From: Marsupella aquatica
Lineage: Eukaryota; Plantae; Marchantiophyta
Reading direction: 5' to 3'
Assembly: GCA_973895155.1 (NCBI GenBank)
Contig: OZ316899.1
Coordinates: 16,271,974-16,335,973 of the forward strand
DNA length: 64,000 nucleotides
Positions 63,001 to 64,000 of the stretch are shown here, one piece after another. The translations under genes were made by a program, and so were the position numbers. Under the pieces are notes generated by a model that was given only the letters and a program-made list of their open reading frames with translations, had not been told where the DNA came from and ran no database searches. The first letter of the stretch is position 1. Each line of letters starts with the position of its first letter.

Positions 63001-64000
63001 ATTGCTCAATTGGAGCAACAGCTAGCTGCCAGGGCTAGTTCCCAGGTGAGACCTACTTCTGGTGATGGGGCATCAACATCCTATGGACCTTCCACATCCC
63101 ATGGTCCTTCCACATCTTATGGAGCTGATGGAGACCTTGCCACCATGGGATTCATGTGTGGCACTGCACATATTGATGCATCAACAGCTTTGACACGTGG
63201 GGCAGCCAAAGCTCTTGAGCCCCGAGGAGCAGTAGTGGAGTTAGATCCACAAAGGGGGGATGCACGTCCGTAGACAAAGCTTCCTTAGTCTTTTACATTG
63301 TCAGAGACAGTTCAGACTACCTCTATGAACCCGGTTTGGACAAACCCTAATGTGGGTAAGTTGGCAGAATCAGGTAGTGATGCAGCAGGGATGACAGGTA
63401 CCTTGCTGGGGGCGGCTATTGCCATGGTACATGCCCCATTATTTTCAGCGATAGACATGCTGAACTTGGGAGTTGGTCCTACAGAAGTGTTCAGATTGGC
63501 AGCTACACTCTGTGAGGACACTCCAGTGGTTGCTTCCCATGCAGAAGCAACTTGCAGTGTTGATGCAGTGAAGACCATGCCACCTACTGCTACTAGTGAG
63601 ACATGGCATGCAGCAGCAGCGAGGTTGATGGATTTACCAGCACGCCCTGCATTTGAGAGGACTAGGTTTAAACCTAGTGTTGTATCATTGGATAATTGGA
63701 GTGGTATCTTCCGATTAGTTGGGCCTTCTGGAGCAGTATACTAGCCAGAGAGGGTGTTATTGGATACTAGTGCTCAGCCCTTGATGTTGGGAAAGTTTGT
63801 CATACGTGGATTGGGATTGCGTCCAGAGGATTTGGAGGATTGTCCCTTTCCCATTCAAACTTCATTGGGGGGACCTACACCTACACAGCACATTACCAAG
63901 AGACCTCTTGATTTAAGGATTCAGGAAGGTCATATCACAGATAGCTCACAGATACAGGCGCGAGCTATTTTGACTAAGGCAGAGTCATATGATGTGTTGG
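60065..64000 (+). mobile_element. Ty3/gypsy element, 5' part (LTR ~60065-61545, gag, protease)
   Basis: TGTTAG start preceded by GGTAG; interrupts an exon of the MTase-like gene. The LTR end (..CCCAACA at 61542 or ..CACCA at 61547) is uncertain. Confidence 0.75.
61807..64000 (+). pseudogene. Gypsy gag-protease with in-frame stops
   Basis: DLDDFIQEFDTWC, GESLREAYTRM, zinc knuckles CWTCGGDH and CDHCGAPGHTKDMC, protease VLLDTSAQPLMLG..YDVL. Confidence 0.85.

Overview
Gene-poor, transposon-saturated eukaryotic DNA, probably from a bryophyte-type land plant (GT-AG introns, plant RPL18a/EDM2/MYB fragments, many CAG>TAG and CGA>TGA stops). No intact host gene is visible. The window resolves into nested insertions, several with readable ends. 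(1) A decayed Ty3/gypsy pol (3275-~6515) carries a 326-bp MITE with an 8-bp TSD. (2) Element A (from ~6516) has a MULE-like/SWIM transposase and a divergent ParB-like (DGNH) gene, and is marked by a dispersed TAGCGCCAGGCGCTA palindrome. (3) Element B (13991-44538; TIR CTCGGGGGTCTCACT, TSD TCCAATCT) sits in an intron of that gene. It encodes a P-element/THAP9-like transposase and shares its ends with the MITE. (4) CACTA C (14905-30238; TSD TTG) splits B's transposase and carries an RPL18a exon, an EDM2-like PHD gene, a BRCT gene, a DDE-deleted TnpD and TnpA. (5) A Bianca-type copia with identical LTRs (34654-40363) is also inside B. Further right are two more CACTA ends, a 4.6-kb solo LTR containing a long ORF, a ~710-bp satellite, an amino-methyltransferase-like/Ulp1 gene with an intronic palindromic minisatellite, and a gypsy LTR/gag. 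The best candidates for something new are the P-like family with 8-bp TSDs, the EDM2-type PHD gene carried by two unrelated DNA-transposon superfamilies, and the ParB/MTase-like/Ulp1 cargo. All family assignments are from motif recognition by eye; no searches were run.
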